A DNA stretch of 64,000 bases from assembly GCF_009914755.1 (NCBI RefSeq), contig NC_060937.1; one strand, written 5' to 3'. Shown in pieces: positions 59,300-64,000 of the stretch. The position numbers and the translations under genes were made by a program. Below the pieces are notes generated by a model. The model made no database searches. It saw nothing but the letters and a program-made list of their open reading frames with translations, and had not been told where the DNA came from. Numbering within the stretch: the stretch's first letter is position 1; every line of letters starts with the position of its first letter. Origin of the DNA: the human T2T-CHM13v2.0 reference genome, Homo sapiens.

Positions 59300-60090
59300 A
59301 CAATGCATGAAAATGTCTTTTTGTTTCTTCATACTTGAGAAATAGCTTGACTAGGAAGTAAGTAAGTTGAAAACCTTTGCCTGTCGGAAGTTTGAAGCAT
59401 GCTTTCATTATTTTCTAGCACCTAGGATTGATACTCAAAAGCCTCATATCCATCTGATTCTCATTCCTTTTAGTTGACAGGAATTTCATTGCTGTTTCAT
59501 TGCTGTTCATTCATGCTTGTTGTTCTCATTAGCTTAGGTTTTGTTTTCTTTTCCCTCAGTATGGGAGATATTGTAATCATCTTTTTACCCATGATATTCT
59601 GAAATAGGATACAAAATTTGAAACACATAAAATCCGTTTTTTTGTCACTCATTGTTTTTCTGATTGATTGCTTTCTAGGAGAATCATTTTAGAAGCTCTG
59701 TGTTGTACTTTAGATTAATTTTCTCAAATTATTTTTCTTTCTGACTTTCACTTTACTTCTCTACTATAATGGCTATAAATGGGATATTAACTTTCTAATT
59801 ATTGCTTTTTATCTCATCATCTATTTTCCCATAATTTAATATTTAGTCATTTTATTGCTTTTAACAAGATGACATCAATTGTAGATTTTTCTAAAACTTT
59901 TATTCAATACTCAATTGCAGCAAACATTTTAAATTTGAAGAGACATTTCTTACAATTTTCTTTTCTCTCTTTTGATAACTTCTTGTTTTTAAGGGTGAAT
60001 ATCTTATGGCATCTACTTGGAGATGCCAAATAAATTTGTGTTCTTTTTCTGTTTTAAGCTCTCTCTTGGAAGATGAATTATGTCTGGTTT
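59300..60090 (-). mobile_element. Degraded old L1M ORF1-region fragments
   Basis: 'tgaaaatgtcttt...catacttgagaaatagcttgactagg', 'ttttctagcacctagg' and 'catctgattctcattccttt'. Confidence 0.5.
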
Positions 60091-60108
60091 TAAAGAAAAT
60101 ATAGTATT

Positions 60109-61000
60109 GGCTGGGGAGTCAAGATGGCCGAACAGGAACAGCTCCGGTCTACAGCTCCCAGCGTGAGCGACACAGAAGACGGGTGATTTCTGCATTTCCA
60201 TCTGAGGTACCGGGTTCATCTCACTAGGGAGTGCCAGACAGTGGGCGCAGGTCAGTGGGTGCAGCGCACCGTGCGCTAGCCGAAGCAGGGCAAGGCATTG
60301 CCTCACTCGGGAAGCGCAAGGGGTCAGGGAGTTCCCTTTCCTAGTCAAAGAAAGGGGTGACAGATGGCACCTGGAAAATCGGGTCACTCCCACCCTAATA
60401 CTGTGCTTTTCCAACGGGCTTAAAAAATGGCACACCAGGAGATTATATCCTGCACCTGGCTTGGAGGGTCCTACGCCCACAGAGTCTCACTGATTGCTAG
60501 CATAGGAGTCTGAGATCAAACTGCAAGGCAGCAGCAAGGCTAGGGGAGGGGTGCCTGCCATTGCCCAAGTTTGATTAGTAAACAAAGCAGCCAGGAAGCT
60601 CAAACTGGGTGGAGCCCACCACAGCTCAAGGAGGCCTGCCTGCCTCTGTAGGCTCCACCTCTGGGGGCAGGGCACAGACAAACAAAAAGACAGCAGTAAC
60701 CTCTACAGACTTAAATGTCCCTGTCTGACAGCTTTGAAGGGAGTAGTGGTTCTCCCAGCACGCAGCTGGGGATCTGAGAATGAGCAGACTGCCTCCTCAA
60801 GTGGGTCCCTGACCCCCGAGCAGCCTAACTGGGAGGCACCCCCAAGTAGGGGCAGACTGACACCTCACATGGCCGGGTACTCCTCTGAGACAAAACTTCC
60901 AGAGGAACGATCAGGCAGCAGCATTTGCGGTTCACCAAGATCTGCTGTTCTACAGCCACTGCTGTTTTCCAGCCACCGCTGCTGATACCCAGGCAAACGG
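60109..61000 (+). promoter_or_regulatory. L1 5'UTR: internal sense promoter with intact YY1 site (AAGATGGCC, 60121-60129) and antisense-promoter region
   Basis: The motif is seen directly and the region is CpG-rich relative to its flanks. Promoter function is taken from established L1PA biology and is not shown for this copy. Confidence 0.7.
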
Positions 61001-62220
61001 TCTGGAGTGGACCTCTAGCAAACTCCAACAGACCTGCAGCTGAGAGTCCTGTCTGTTAGAAGGAAAACTAACAAACAGAAAGGACATCCACACCAAAAAC
61101 CCTTCTGTACATCACCATTATCAAAGATCAAAAGTAGATAAAATGACAAAGATGGGGAAAAAACAGAGCAGAAAACCTGGAAACTCTAAAAGCAGAGCAC
61201 CTCTCCTCCTCCAAAGGAATGCAGCTCCTCACCAGCAATAGAACAAAGCTGGATGGAGAATGACTTTGATGAGTTGAGAGAAGAAGTCTCCAGACGATCA
61301 AACTACTCTGAGCTACAGGAGGAAATTCAAACCAATGGCAAAGCAGTTAAATACTGTGAACAAAAAATTAGACAAATGGATAACTAGAATAACCAAAGCA
61401 GAGAAGTCCTTAAAGGAGCTGATGGAGCTGAAAGCCAAGGCTTGAGAACTACGTGAAGAATGCAGAAGCCTCAGGAGCCGATGCGATCAACTGGAAGAAA
61501 GGGTATCAGTGATGGAAGATGAAATGAATAAAATGAAGCGAGAAGGGAAGTTTAGAGAAAAAAGAATAAAAAGAAACGAACAAAGCCTCCAAGAAATATG
61601 GGACTATGTGAAAAGACCAAATCTATGTCTGATTGGTGTACCTGAAAGTGACGGGGAGAATGGAACCAAGTTGGAAAACACTCTGCAGGATATTATCCAG
61701 GAGAACTTCCCCAATCTAGCAAGGCAGGCCAACATTCAGATTCAGGAAATACAGAGAATGCCACAAAGATACTCCTCGAGAAGAGCAACTCCAAGACACA
61801 TAATTGTCAGATTCACCAAAGTTGAAATGAAGGAAAAAATGTTAAGGGCAGCCAGAGAGAAAGGAAGGTCGGGTTACCCACAAAGGGAAGCCCATCAGAC
61901 TAACAGCTGATCTCTCAGCAGAAACTCTACAAGCCAGAAGAGACTGGGGGCCAAAATTCAACATTCTTAAAGAAAAGAATTTTCAACCCAGAATTTCATA
62001 TCCAGCCAAACTAAGCCTCATAAATGAAGGAGAAATAAAATACTTTACAGACAAGCAAATGCTGAGAGATTTTGTCACCACCAGGCTTGCCCTACAAGAG
62101 CTCCTGAAGGAAGCACTAAACATGGAAAGGAAAAACCGGTACCAGCCACTGCAAAAACATGCCAAAATGTAAAGACCATCAAGGCTAGGAAGAAACTGCA
62201 TCAACTAATGAGCAAAATAA

Positions 62221-64000
<1,780 letters not shown>

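Noticed and set aside
60013-60480. 155-aa minus-strand ORF
   Set aside because: It is the antisense reading of the L1 5'UTR (the ORF0 remainder after the stop), has a non-ATG start, and is not a host gene.

Overview
AT-rich, repeat-dense primate DNA, most likely human because it carries an AluYa5. The window lies inside a large minus-strand gene. The only host coding sequence I can support is one 163-nt exon (18380-18542, minus strand) that translates to a kelch-repeat segment I recognise as KLHL1. The rest is intron filled with L1, L2, MIR, Alu, MaLR/ERV LTRs and DNA-transposon relics. These include a rearranged MER57-type provirus (about 34.8-42.4 kb) and an L1PA3-5-type LINE-1 that runs off the right edge and is interrupted by the AluYa5. 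Almost all ORFs in the track are repeat-derived or chance. I do not see a convincing new multi-gene system. The most unusual signals are structural: (1) a ~258-bp, ~91%-identical inverted repeat at 3.6/4.3 kb that I cannot assign to a transposon; (2) a template-switch-like 26-bp hairpin in an MST LTR that is fully paired on the KLHL1 strand; (3) a provirus with its two halves in opposite orientation; (4) an in-place micro-inversion; (5) a polyadenylated MER41-like LTR retrocopy; (6) a duplication in the ZNF93-targeted segment of the L1 5'UTR. Repeat family names are from recall of consensus sequences, not from a database search, and many boundaries are approximate.
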